64,000 nt of DNA from a virus (taxonomy: Duplodnaviria > Heunggongvirae > Uroviricota > Caudoviricetes). Positions 16,173-23,555 of this stretch are shown here, piece by piece. The DNA is taken from IMG/VR virus record IMGVR_UViG_3300021388_000002. The stretch is one strand, 5' to 3'. A program made the position numbers and the translations under genes. The notes under the pieces are model-generated. The model was not told the origin of the DNA. It did no database searches and worked only from the letters and a program-made list of their open reading frames with translations. Each line of letters begins with the position of its first letter. Position 1 is the stretch's first letter.

Positions 16173-16255
16173 AAATGGCCGCCTGAACGGGTCACGAGCA
16201 GATCATGAGGGCCGTTCAGGCCAGGCCGGGAGCGTAAGAACCCGGAAAGGTCTTG

Positions 16256-16330
16256 TGCGCCGGGAGAGATTTGAACTCCCGTCCATCTGATTAAGGGTCA
16301 GACGCTCTACCAGGCTGAGCTTACCGGCGC
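16256..16330 (-). tRNA. tRNA-Lys(CTT), C33
   Basis: TCTGA CC CTT AA TCAGA; 3-nt acceptor-D linker. Confidence 0.87.
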
Positions 16331-16341
16331 GTAGTACACAG

Positions 16342-16414
<73 letters not shown>

Positions 16415-16623
16415 GAGGTCCCGGGGCCGTGCCGGTCCAGAGCCTGCCCCAGCCGCTGACCGTGTGCGTCACGGCGCTAGCTGAGCAGGGTGCCGACACC
16501 GTTGTGAGGTGCCCCGGGAGGCATGAGACCCGGACCCCGGCCGAGGTCAGGCTTTACCGGGGCAGCGCTACCCTCCCGGTCACTGGCTCCCATTCACGGG
16601 GCCTGCACCAGCGTCATGCCTAG

Positions 16624-16695
16624 TGGGACCTGGAGATTCTGAGACTCCGACCTACGGTATTTCACACCGTCGCTCTGCCGCTGAGCTAAGGCCCC
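16624..16695 (-). tRNA. tRNA-Phe(GAA) with non-canonical T loop
   Basis: ACGGT GT GAA AT ACCGT; T arm GGAG-TCTCAGAAT-CTCC lacks TTC. Confidence 0.72.
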
Positions 16696-16789
16696 ATGGA
16701 TTTTCCGTTAGCGGAGCTAATGACTGCTGTCCCCGCTTGTGTTAGCCTCGCCGTAACCCGCACATATCGTCCAGTTACGGAATGTGATA

Positions 16790-18016
16790 ATGGCCCCGGT
16801 TACCGCTCCTGCCCGGCCCGCTCGTGTCACCTACCGGGACGTCTTCGCAGTCCGGGAGTTCACCGTGCTGTGGGCGGCCCAGCTGGCCTCGATCGCCGGG
16901 GACCAGTTCGCCCGGATCGCCCTGACGGTACTGGTTTATGACCGGACCCGGAGCGGGCTGCTGGCCGCGGCCACCTTCACCGCGTCCATGCTGCCTATGT
17001 GCCTGGGCGGTATCGGCTTGAGCTGGCTGGCTGACCGCTATCCCCGACGCACCGTGATGGTGGCCTGCGACGCCGTCAGTTTCGTGCTCGTGCTGATCAT
17101 GGCCATCCGCGGGATGCCGCTGGCGGTGCTGGTGGCCCTGCTGGCTGCGGTGTCGCTGGTGTCGGCCCCGTTCGCCTCAGCGCGGGGAGCCGCCAACCGG
17201 GACGTGCTCGGCGCGGAGGCGTACCCGCTCGGCATGGCGGTTACCCTGTCCACCTACCAGGCCGGCCAGGTGGCTGGGTTCGCGGTGGGCGGGGTCCTGA
17301 CCGGGCTGGCCGGGCCACGCGGGGCGCTGCTCGCCGACGCGGCCACGTTCGCCGCCTCGGCGGCACTGATCCTGGCCGGGGTCCGGAGCCGCCCGGCAGG
17401 TAACCCGGCAGCCCAGCTGGAGGGCTCCCAGCTGCTGACCGGGCTGCGGGCCGTGCTCAGCAGCCGGGTTGCGCGGCTGTCCCTGCTGGCCGGGTGGCTG
17501 CCCGCATTTGTCGCGGTCACAGACGGGATCGCCGTGCCGCTGGCGCACTCGCTGGGCGGCGGGCCCGTCACCGCCGGGTGCCTGCTCGCTGCTACTGCCG
17601 CCGGGGTGACCGCCGGGCTGCTGCTATGGCCCCGGCTGGTGCCTGCCACCCGTGGCACCCGCCTGGCTGTGCTGCTCGCCGGGATATCCGCTGCCGTGCT
17701 GGCCGGGTTCGCCGGGCGGCCACCGCTGGCCGGGGCACTGGCCCTGCTGGCGGTTTCCGGGGCTTTCACCTGCTACATGACCTCAGCCAACGCGGTGTTC
17801 GCGGAAGCCGTGCCGGCCGAGCACCTGGGCGCCGCGTTTGGTGTCGGCAACGCCGGGATCATGGCCGGGCAGTCGCTGGCCATCGTGGCGGCCGGGGCCA
17901 TGCTCACCTGGCTCACCCCGCCTGCTGTCATCGCGGTCTGGGGCGGCCTCGGGGTTCTCGCCGCACTGGCGCTGGCCGGGCCGTGGCACCGCCAGCTGGG
18001 TGCCGGCACTGCCTGA
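16790..18016 (+). CDS. MFS transporter
   Basis: About 12 TM helices, motif A-like LADRYPRRTVMV. Confidence 0.88.
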   Translation: MAPVTAPARPARVTYRDVFAVREFTVLWAAQLASIAGDQFARIALTVLVYDRTRSGLLAAATFTASMLPMCLGGIGLSWLADRYPRRTVMVACDAVSFVLVLIMAIRGMPLAVLVALLAAVSLVSAPFASARGAANRDVLGAEAYPLGMAVTLSTYQAGQVAGFAVGGVLTGLAGPRGALLADAATFAASAALILAGVRSRPAGNPAAQLEGSQLLTGLRAVLSSRVARLSLLAGWLPAFVAVTDGIAVPLAHSLGGGPVTAGCLLAATAAGVTAGLLLWPRLVPATRGTRLAVLLAGISAAVLAGFAGRPPLAGALALLAVSGAFTCYMTSANAVFAEAVPAEHLGAAFGVGNAGIMAGQSLAIVAAGAMLTWLTPPAVIAVWGGLGVLAALALAGPWHRQLGAGTA

Positions 18017-18186
18017 TCCGCAGGTATGGCCGTATAAATGGCAACGTGTTACGGTGACACTACTTTCCGTACGGAGCAGAGGGAGAAGACCATGAGGACG
18101 CATCTGTTCGGCTAGCCGCCCGTTCAGGCAGAGCCGGGGTATCCAGGAGGGAGCCCCGGCTCTGCGCACGTCACCAGGAATTCTCC

Positions 18187-18263
18187 TGGTCGGGACGGCG
18201 GGACTCGAACCCGCGGTTTCCGCGCCCCAGACGCGGCGCGCTGCCAGACTGCGCTACATCCCG
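18187..18263 (-). tRNA. tRNA-Pro(TGG), C33
   Basis: C1-G72, CCGCG TC TGG GG CGCGG, encoded CCA. Confidence 0.88.
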
Positions 18264-18451
18264 CTGTGTGGTGCTCCCGCTCTGCGCCGGCCGCCATTCG
18301 CCAGGGACCAGGCCCTGGTGTTACCGACCCGGACGTCCTTCTCCTGCACACCCCGGCCGGGCCTCGGTACGAACGCACCACACACAAGCTGCGATCACTG
18401 GCAGAGCGTGGCCCTTCACTGCCGCTGCACTTAGAGCCGGTGATCGCTGAG

Positions 18452-18525
18452 TCGGAGCGGCGGTATTTGAAACCGCGACCTTCCGGCCCCCAGCCGGACG
18501 CTCTGCCAACCTGAGCCACGCTCCG
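18452..18525 (-). tRNA. tRNA-Pro(GGG)
   Basis: TCCGG CT GGG GG CCGGA. Confidence 0.9.
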
Positions 18526-18529
18526 TTAC

Positions 18530-18654
18530 GGTACGACGCTGGACTTCAGTCAGCTCCCTCTCCAGCAAGGGGCGCCCCATCGTTGCCTGGTTATGAGCCA
18601 GGACGAGTAAGAAGACGCATGCCGCGAACAGGGGGTTACCCTGCACGTCGTACC
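18530..18654 (-). ncRNA. Structured spacer RNA carrying a CAT anticodon-like stem-loop
   Basis: 9-bp terminal stem GGTACGACG/CGTCGTACC; CCTGG CTCATAA CCAGG at 18586-18602. Confidence 0.55.
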
Positions 18655-18657
18655 TAG

Positions 18658-18731
18658 TCGGGAAGGGGAGATTTGAACTCCCGGCCTCTCGCCCCCGAAG
18701 CGAGCGCGCTGCCAAGCTGCGCCACTTCCCG
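18658..18731 (-). tRNA. tRNA-Pro(CGG)
   Basis: CTCGC TT CGG GG GCGAG. Confidence 0.92.
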
Positions 18732-18873
18732 CTGTACCGGCTTTTCCCGTTTACTGGTGCTGGCCAGGCACTCCAGACGTGACTAGGGAGGAGGATTTAA
18801 GGGATTTAGCTGCCGCCCGGGTACCCGGAGATACCCACCAGTTGCCAAGTGCGTCCATCCCGCCGGTACCTCG

Positions 18874-18947
18874 TGGAGCTACGGAGATTTGAACTCCGGA
18901 CCTTTTCCTTGCGAAGGAACTGCGCTACCGGACTGCGCTATAGCCCC
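18874..18947 (-). tRNA. tRNA-Ala(CGC)
   Basis: G3-U70, loop TT CGC AA. Confidence 0.9.
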
Positions 18948-19049
18948 AGGTGCACGCCGGGCGCTTCCGTCCCGGTTATCAATTGGCGCCGTGCCCGCCA
19001 GATGCCAGCCACCCCAGGTACTCATCGCGATGTTTCGCCAGGGCGCTTA

Positions 19050-19178
19050 ACCACCTTTAATGCGGTGCTCTGCCATTTGAGCTACCGGCATGATAATGGT
19101 GCGCTTTTCCGCAACGCGTACTTTGCTCACCACTATCTCCCAAATGCCGGGACGGGATTCGGACCCGCATCTTCCGCC
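19050..19178 (-). ncRNA. Circularly permuted tRNA-like module C with extended acceptor arm
   Basis: T arm GCGGG TCCGAAT CCCGT, then CCGGCAT [52 nt] ATGCCGG, then D arm TA GCTC AAATGGCA GAGC. Confidence 0.7.
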
Positions 19179-19179
19179 G

Positions 19180-19252
19180 TGGAGCCTAGGAGACTCGAAC
19201 TCCTGACCTTCTGCGTGCCACGCAGACGCGCTACCAGCTGCGCCAAGGCCCC
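19180..19252 (-). tRNA. tRNA-Ala(GGC)
   Basis: G3-U70, TCTGC GT GGC AC GCAGA. Confidence 0.92.
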
Positions 19253-19254
19253 TC

Positions 19255-19320
19255 ACGGGTGCTCTATCCGCTGAGCTACAGATCGATGACCTGGCAGGAT
19301 TCGGACCTGCGACCTCCCGC
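19255..19320 (-). ncRNA. Circularly permuted tRNA-like module B
   Basis: GCGGG AGGTC GCAGG TCCGAAT CCTGC CAGGTC ATC GATCTG TA GCTC AGCGGATA GAGC A CCCGT. Confidence 0.78.
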
Positions 19321-19323
19321 TAA

Positions 19324-19388
19324 GACGGCGCTCCAGCCATCGAGCTTCTGGCCGTGGCCAGGCGGGATTCGGACCCGCGCCCTCCGTC
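19324..19388 (-). ncRNA. Circularly permuted tRNA-like module A
   Basis: GACGG AGGGC GCGGG TCCGAAT CCCGC CTGGCC AC GGCCAG AA GCTC GATGGCTG GAGC G CCGTC. Confidence 0.78.
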
Positions 19389-19396
19389 GCTTATGG

Positions 19397-19454
19397 GGTG
19401 CTGCCCCCGGACCGGGCTGTCTAGCAACGCCAGTCCGGGCCGGGAGGCAGCACC
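19397..19454 (-). other. Long hairpin directly 5' of the permuted modules
   Basis: GGTGCTGCC...GGCAGCACC terminal stem. Confidence 0.6.
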
Positions 19455-19483
19455 ATGTGGACGGGGGATGGCGCCCCCGTCAT

Positions 19484-19500
19484 TGATGCTCACGCTATGG
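19484..19500 (-). repeat. 17-bp motif CCATAGCGTGAGCATCA, copy 2, next to TTGACA (19504-19509)
   Basis: Exact inverted copy of 6133-6149. Confidence 0.85.
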
Positions 19501-19554
19501 TCTTGTCAATATTCAGGTGATATACCCGCGCGGCTCTCGCGTTGCTGGTATTCG

Positions 19555-19627
19555 CAGGGACCGGGAGAGTCGAACTCCCACCTTCACAGCTTTGGAGGCT
19601 GTCGCTCACCATCTGAGCCAGATCCCT
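19555..19627 (-). tRNA. tRNA-Trp(CCA), first gene of the array
   Basis: A1-U72, G73, ACAGC CT CCA AA GCTGT. Confidence 0.9.
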
Positions 19628-19642
19628 ATGCACTTATGCGCT

Positions 19643-19679
19643 AAAAAACCGCCCTCCGGGAGCTTTCCCTGGGGGCGGT
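19643..19679 (-). terminator. Intrinsic terminator upstream of the first tRNA (attenuator)
   Basis: ACCGCCC...GGGCGG hairpin followed by T6 on the minus strand. Confidence 0.8.
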
Positions 19680-19701
19680 CGCCTTCGCGTGGCTTCGGCA
19701 G

Positions 19702-19797
19702 CTACGTGGCGACCCTCCCGGTCCCCCAGGGCAGGCAGCGCTGAATTGACAGGCTGTGATTCCTGTCTTCGCGCTTGGCTGCCGGGTAGGACGTCAT
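19702..19797 (-). CDS. 31-aa leader peptide MTSYPAAKREDRNHSLSIQRCLPWGTGRVAT
   Basis: ATG 6 nt after the -10 box; ORF overlaps the antiterminator arm and stops 22 nt before the terminator. Confidence 0.7.
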   Translation of the reverse strand: MTSYPAAKREDRNHSLSIQRCLPWGTGRVAT

Positions 19798-19803
19798 GTA
19801 CCC

Positions 19804-19833
19804 AGCATACGGCATGTCCGTTAGAGTATGCAA
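19804..19833 (-). promoter_or_regulatory. Promoter of the tRNA array: -35 TTGCAT, 18-nt spacer, -10 TATGCT
   Basis: Consensus-like boxes directly upstream of the leader ATG. Confidence 0.7.
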
Positions 19834-19944
19834 GTCAATTAACCAGATTTTCTGGCGACAGTGTTTGCCCAGGCCAGTACCGGTAAGCTGGCGCCCGCCT
19901 GTGGCCGCCAGCGGAGCCGGGTCTGTGACAGCACGAGGAGGCAC

Positions 19945-21021
19945 ATGACCCGCCTGCTTCTCACCGGGGCGTCTGGTTTTGCCGGTCATCACTTCCTGGA
20001 GCACACCCTGGCCACCACGGACTGGGATGTGGTGGCCACCGGCTCATTCCGGCACCGCGGCACCTCGGACCGGATCGCCCAGGTGCTGCAAGGCCGCACG
20101 GTGCCGGGGCGCGCGGTGCCTGGCAGGCTGAGCTGGCTGGATCGCACGGACGTGCTCACCCACGACCTGACGGCGCCCTTCAGCCCGCAGGCGCTGCACC
20201 GGATCGCCGGGCGGGGCGGGCTGGACTACCTGGTCGCGATGGCGTCGATGAGCCACGTGGACACCTCAATCACGGACCCGGTGGCGTTCTGCGAGAACAA
20301 CCTGGCGGTCATCCTGAACACGCTGGAGGCGGCCCGGCAGCTGCAGCCCCGCGCGGTCGTGGTGATCAGCACCGATGAGGTCTACGGACCGGTCGTTCCC
20401 GGCCACGATCACCGGGAGTGGGCCACGCCGCTGCCGTCCAACCCGTACGCGGCATCCAAGGCAGCGCAGGAAGCAGTCTCAATTTCATACTGGCGCACCT
20501 ACGGTGTCCCGGTGATCATCTCAAACGCGATGAACCTGATCGGGGAGCGCCAGCACCCGGAGAAGTTCGTGCCCAAGGTGCTGGCCGACGTGCTGGCTGG
20601 CCGGGAGACGGTCATCCACGGCTCACCCGGCGCGATTGGCTCCCGGCACTACCTGCACGCCCGGAACATGGCGGACGCAGTGCTGTTCCTGCTCCGCGGC
20701 GACCGCCCGGCCGTCTTCCCGGCGCACGCCGTCCCCGGCCGCCCGGCCGCGCAGGCCCTGCGGCCTGACCGTTACAACATCGCCTCAGCGGACCGGATCG
20801 ACAACCTGACCCTGGCCCGGATGATCGCGCAGTACGCGGGCCGGCCGCTGCTGTACCGGCTGGAGGACTTCCACGGCCAGCGGCCCGGCCACGACCCGCA
20901 CTACGGCCTGGACCCGGGCAAGATCACCGCGCTGGGGTGGAAGCCACCTGTCCCGTTCGCCGCATCCCTGGAGCGCACGGTGCGCTGGACGGCTGCGCAT
21001 CCTGAGTGGCTGGCCGGCTAG
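19945..21021 (+). CDS. NAD-dependent epimerase/dehydratase (dTDP-glucose 4,6-dehydratase-like)
   Basis: LLTGASGFAG, ASMSHVD, STDEVYG, YAASK, RPGHD. Confidence 0.92.
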   Translation: MTRLLLTGASGFAGHHFLEHTLATTDWDVVATGSFRHRGTSDRIAQVLQGRTVPGRAVPGRLSWLDRTDVLTHDLTAPFSPQALHRIAGRGGLDYLVAMASMSHVDTSITDPVAFCENNLAVILNTLEAARQLQPRAVVVISTDEVYGPVVPGHDHREWATPLPSNPYAASKAAQEAVSISYWRTYGVPVIISNAMNLIGERQHPEKFVPKVLADVLAGRETVIHGSPGAIGSRHYLHARNMADAVLFLLRGDRPAVFPAHAVPGRPAAQALRPDRYNIASADRIDNLTLARMIAQYAGRPLLYRLEDFHGQRPGHDPHYGLDPGKITALGWKPPVPFAASLERTVRWTAAHPEWLAG

Positions 21022-21253
21022 CCTGCCGCACCCGGCCGGATGGGGCTGGTGTCGAATACGCCCAGGCACGGCATGATCTGCACCGAGCCTTCGGCTACCC
21101 GGTACCCGCCGCCCAGCCGCACGAAGGAAGGACCCAGCACGAAACTGTTGCCATTGGAGCACGAGATCATGCCAGCACCGTACGTCCGCTCCCGCCCGGA
21201 TGTATACACGCGTGCGCCGGCCCAGCCGGGCTCCCGGAGGGTAGGGTCGCTGC

Positions 21254-21580
21254 ATGACCACTGCCGCCGCTACTGCCGTGCGCTCAGGGGATAGGCCGGC
21301 ACCACGCGGGGCATGGTTCATTGCAGACGAGTCTCCGGGCCGCCTGGGCGCGGGGGAAGTCTGGATCGATGCAGCAGCGATGGACGTGTACGGCCGGGGG
21401 GACGCTGCCCCGGCAGTCGTGGTTGAAGGCGGCAGCCGGGCCAGCTGGCTCGGGGCCGTCATCCGGTTCAGCCGCTATCCCGGCCTGGTGTCGCCGGTCA
21501 CGTACAGGGTGACCGCGCGGCGCATGGGGCCGGGGCGGGTGAATCTGGGCCGGCCGTACTACGTCCTGAAACAGCCCTGA
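21254..21580 (+). CDS. Hypothetical protein
   Basis: GGAGG SD, operon position. Confidence 0.55.
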   Translation: MTTAAATAVRSGDRPAPRGAWFIADESPGRLGAGEVWIDAAAMDVYGRGDAAPAVVVEGGSRASWLGAVIRFSRYPGLVSPVTYRVTARRMGPGRVNLGRPYYVLKQP

Positions 21581-21593
21581 TGGAGGGAACGGC

Positions 21594-21815
21594 ATGGAGG
21601 GGCGGAACAGCCTGCCAGCACCGGAATTCCGGGGCGGCGAGGAGCCGGATTTCAGCGCGATTACCCCCGGCGAGGTGATGCCGGATGAGGCAGTCGCGGA
21701 ACTGGTGGCCGGCGGGTATGGCCGGCCCGGCATCACGACCTCGCTGGCGACCGACGTCTCCGACCCCGGGCAGCCGTGGCCGCTGGCCAGTGACTGGATG
21801 GCGAGCCTGCGCTGA
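21594..21815 (+). CDS. Hypothetical protein
   Basis: TGATG coupling to the next gene. Confidence 0.55.
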   Translation: MEGRNSLPAPEFRGGEEPDFSAITPGEVMPDEAVAELVAGGYGRPGITTSLATDVSDPGQPWPLASDWMASLR

Positions 21816-22363
21816 TGCCGGCATCGAGGGCTGGCACAGTCGCCAGCTCCGTCCGCACCGCCCTGGCGATGGAGCGTGACTGGCTGCGCCGCATCCCGGA
21901 GGACGACCGCCGGTTTATCCCGTGGATTCCCTTCCAGCTGTTCAGCTTCGTCGCGCTGATGGCCGAGGCAGGCAAGGAGCTGAAGGACCCCGAGCACTAC
22001 CTGGAGATCGGCTCCAAGATGCTCATCGCCCGGGACCTGTTCGGCCTGGACGCCCGCGGGTTCGACCGGGTGGGGGAGTTCGTGCGGGCCGCGTGCTCGG
22101 TCGGGCTGAACGCCGTCACCGCCGATGCGCGGGAGTACGCCGGCTATGGCCGGGCTGATGTCATCTGGTTCAACCGGGTGGCGCGGGACACCGGGATCGA
22201 GGCTGAGGTCGAGGTCTGGCGCTCGGCCCGGCCCGGGGCCGTGGTGATCTGCGCCAACCTGGAGCAGGCCCCGCCGGCGCACTGGTTCCCGGTGCTGGAT
22301 GACTGGGACTCTGGCCGCCGCGGGATCTGGCAGAAGCCCGGCGAGCCAGGGACCGGCTGGTAA
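21815..22363 (+). CDS. Class I SAM-methyltransferase-like protein
   Basis: YLEIG, GFDR, ADAREY, DVIWFN; the Gly-rich loop of motif I is short. Confidence 0.65.
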   Translation: MPASRAGTVASSVRTALAMERDWLRRIPEDDRRFIPWIPFQLFSFVALMAEAGKELKDPEHYLEIGSKMLIARDLFGLDARGFDRVGEFVRAACSVGLNAVTADAREYAGYGRADVIWFNRVARDTGIEAEVEVWRSARPGAVVICANLEQAPPAHWFPVLDDWDSGRRGIWQKPGEPGTGW

Positions 22364-22509
22364 TCTGCTGCTGCTATGCAGCCGTAGCTGCCCGGCTCCG
22401 GGCACGGACGGGCCCAGCACGTCCCGACCACTGCCCGGGATCTGCTGTGCTCATTACGGGGCGTCCGTGCCCGGCCAGGCTGCACCATCGGCCCCAGCTG
22501 CGATAATCT

Positions 22510-23025
22510 GTGCGTAGCCTGTGGCACTTAGGCGCTCAGCGAGCGGGTGAGCCGGGAGGACCCTACCCGGAAGGCCTTGCTCCCGTGCTGCATCTCCAGT
22601 GCCCGGGGTGCCTGACTCAGGCGTTTCTTGAGTGCGCGTGCCCCGATGGACACACAGCCAGTTACGGCTACCACGTCCCGACCTGCCCGATGGCCAACCC
22701 AGATGCGGCGGTTGCGTGCCCGCCGGATTCTGATTGCTGCCACGAGAACCACGACCACGCCGCGGCGGCCAACGCCTGCCCCGGCAACCACGCCGATGCC
22801 GAGTGCCCGGAGCCGAAGAACTGCCGGGTCTGGAAGGGCGCGACGGCTGACGCGAAGCACCCGCTGTTCGTCGCCGGCAGCCACCCGCTGTTCAAGGGCA
22901 GCGACCCGGGTGACTGCCCGGGTGGCCACTGCCACAAGGACGTGCAGGGCTGCACCGTCTGCCGTCCCCTGATCATCACCGCACCGTCTGGCGGCTACAC
23001 CGTCATGCAGGGGGTGAACCGGTAA
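22510..23025 (+). CDS. Cys/His-rich protein (start uncertain, possibly GTG near 22585)
   Basis: Many CxxC/H motifs; TAATG coupling to the next gene. Confidence 0.65.
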   Translation: MRSLWHLGAQRAGEPGGPYPEGLAPVLHLQCPGCLTQAFLECACPDGHTASYGYHVPTCPMANPDAAVACPPDSDCCHENHDHAAAANACPGNHADAECPEPKNCRVWKGATADAKHPLFVAGSHPLFKGSDPGDCPGGHCHKDVQGCTVCRPLIITAPSGGYTVMQGVNR

Positions 23026-23462
23026 TGGCGCAGACCGCGATTGACGCCTCCCGCAGCACGCTGATGCTCAACGCCAACCTGCCGGTCGGCACCTCGGGTG
23101 CGCCGGGCACTCAGCTCACCGCGCTGGCCTCGGGCGCGATGAAGCTGAAGCTGACCAGCACGGCCAGCACCGGGTCGGCCTCCGGCACGGAGCTGAGCGG
23201 CACTGGGTACACCTCCGGCGGCACGGCCATGCCGGGCGCATCGACGGCCAGCTCGGCGGGCTCCAACGTCACCCTGCCGGGCACGGCGGCCATCTCCTGG
23301 ACCAACGGCTCCGGCGGCGCCTGGTCGATCGTGTCACTGGAGCTGACCGACAGCAACCCGACCCGGGTCTGGTACGGCAACTGGAACGGCCAGCCGATTT
23401 CCGTGGCGAACGGGAACACGTTCCAGGTTGCGGCCAACGCCGTAACAGCAGGTGGCTTCTGA
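23025..23462 (+). CDS. Virion structural protein (minor tail type)
   Basis: GTELSGTGY and WYG..ISVANGNTFQ pattern seen in actinophage tail modules. Confidence 0.65.
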   Translation: MAQTAIDASRSTLMLNANLPVGTSGAPGTQLTALASGAMKLKLTSTASTGSASGTELSGTGYTSGGTAMPGASTASSAGSNVTLPGTAAISWTNGSGGAWSIVSLELTDSNPTRVWYGNWNGQPISVANGNTFQVAANAVTAGGF

Positions 23463-23555
23463 GTTCGATTTAGCCTTCTGACCTGGCCAGCTGGTAGTAC
23501 TCAGCAGCATCCAGCTGGCCAGGCAGCGTTGCGGTGCGCCCGGGGAAGGCGGTAG

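Noticed and set aside
19050-19178. Two-piece tmRNA
   Set aside because: No G3-U70 alanine identity, a full D stem is present, and no tag-like ORF was recognised
21995-22030. Inactivated methyltransferase motif I
   Set aside because: The Gly-rich loop looks short, but without an alignment it cannot be told apart from family variation
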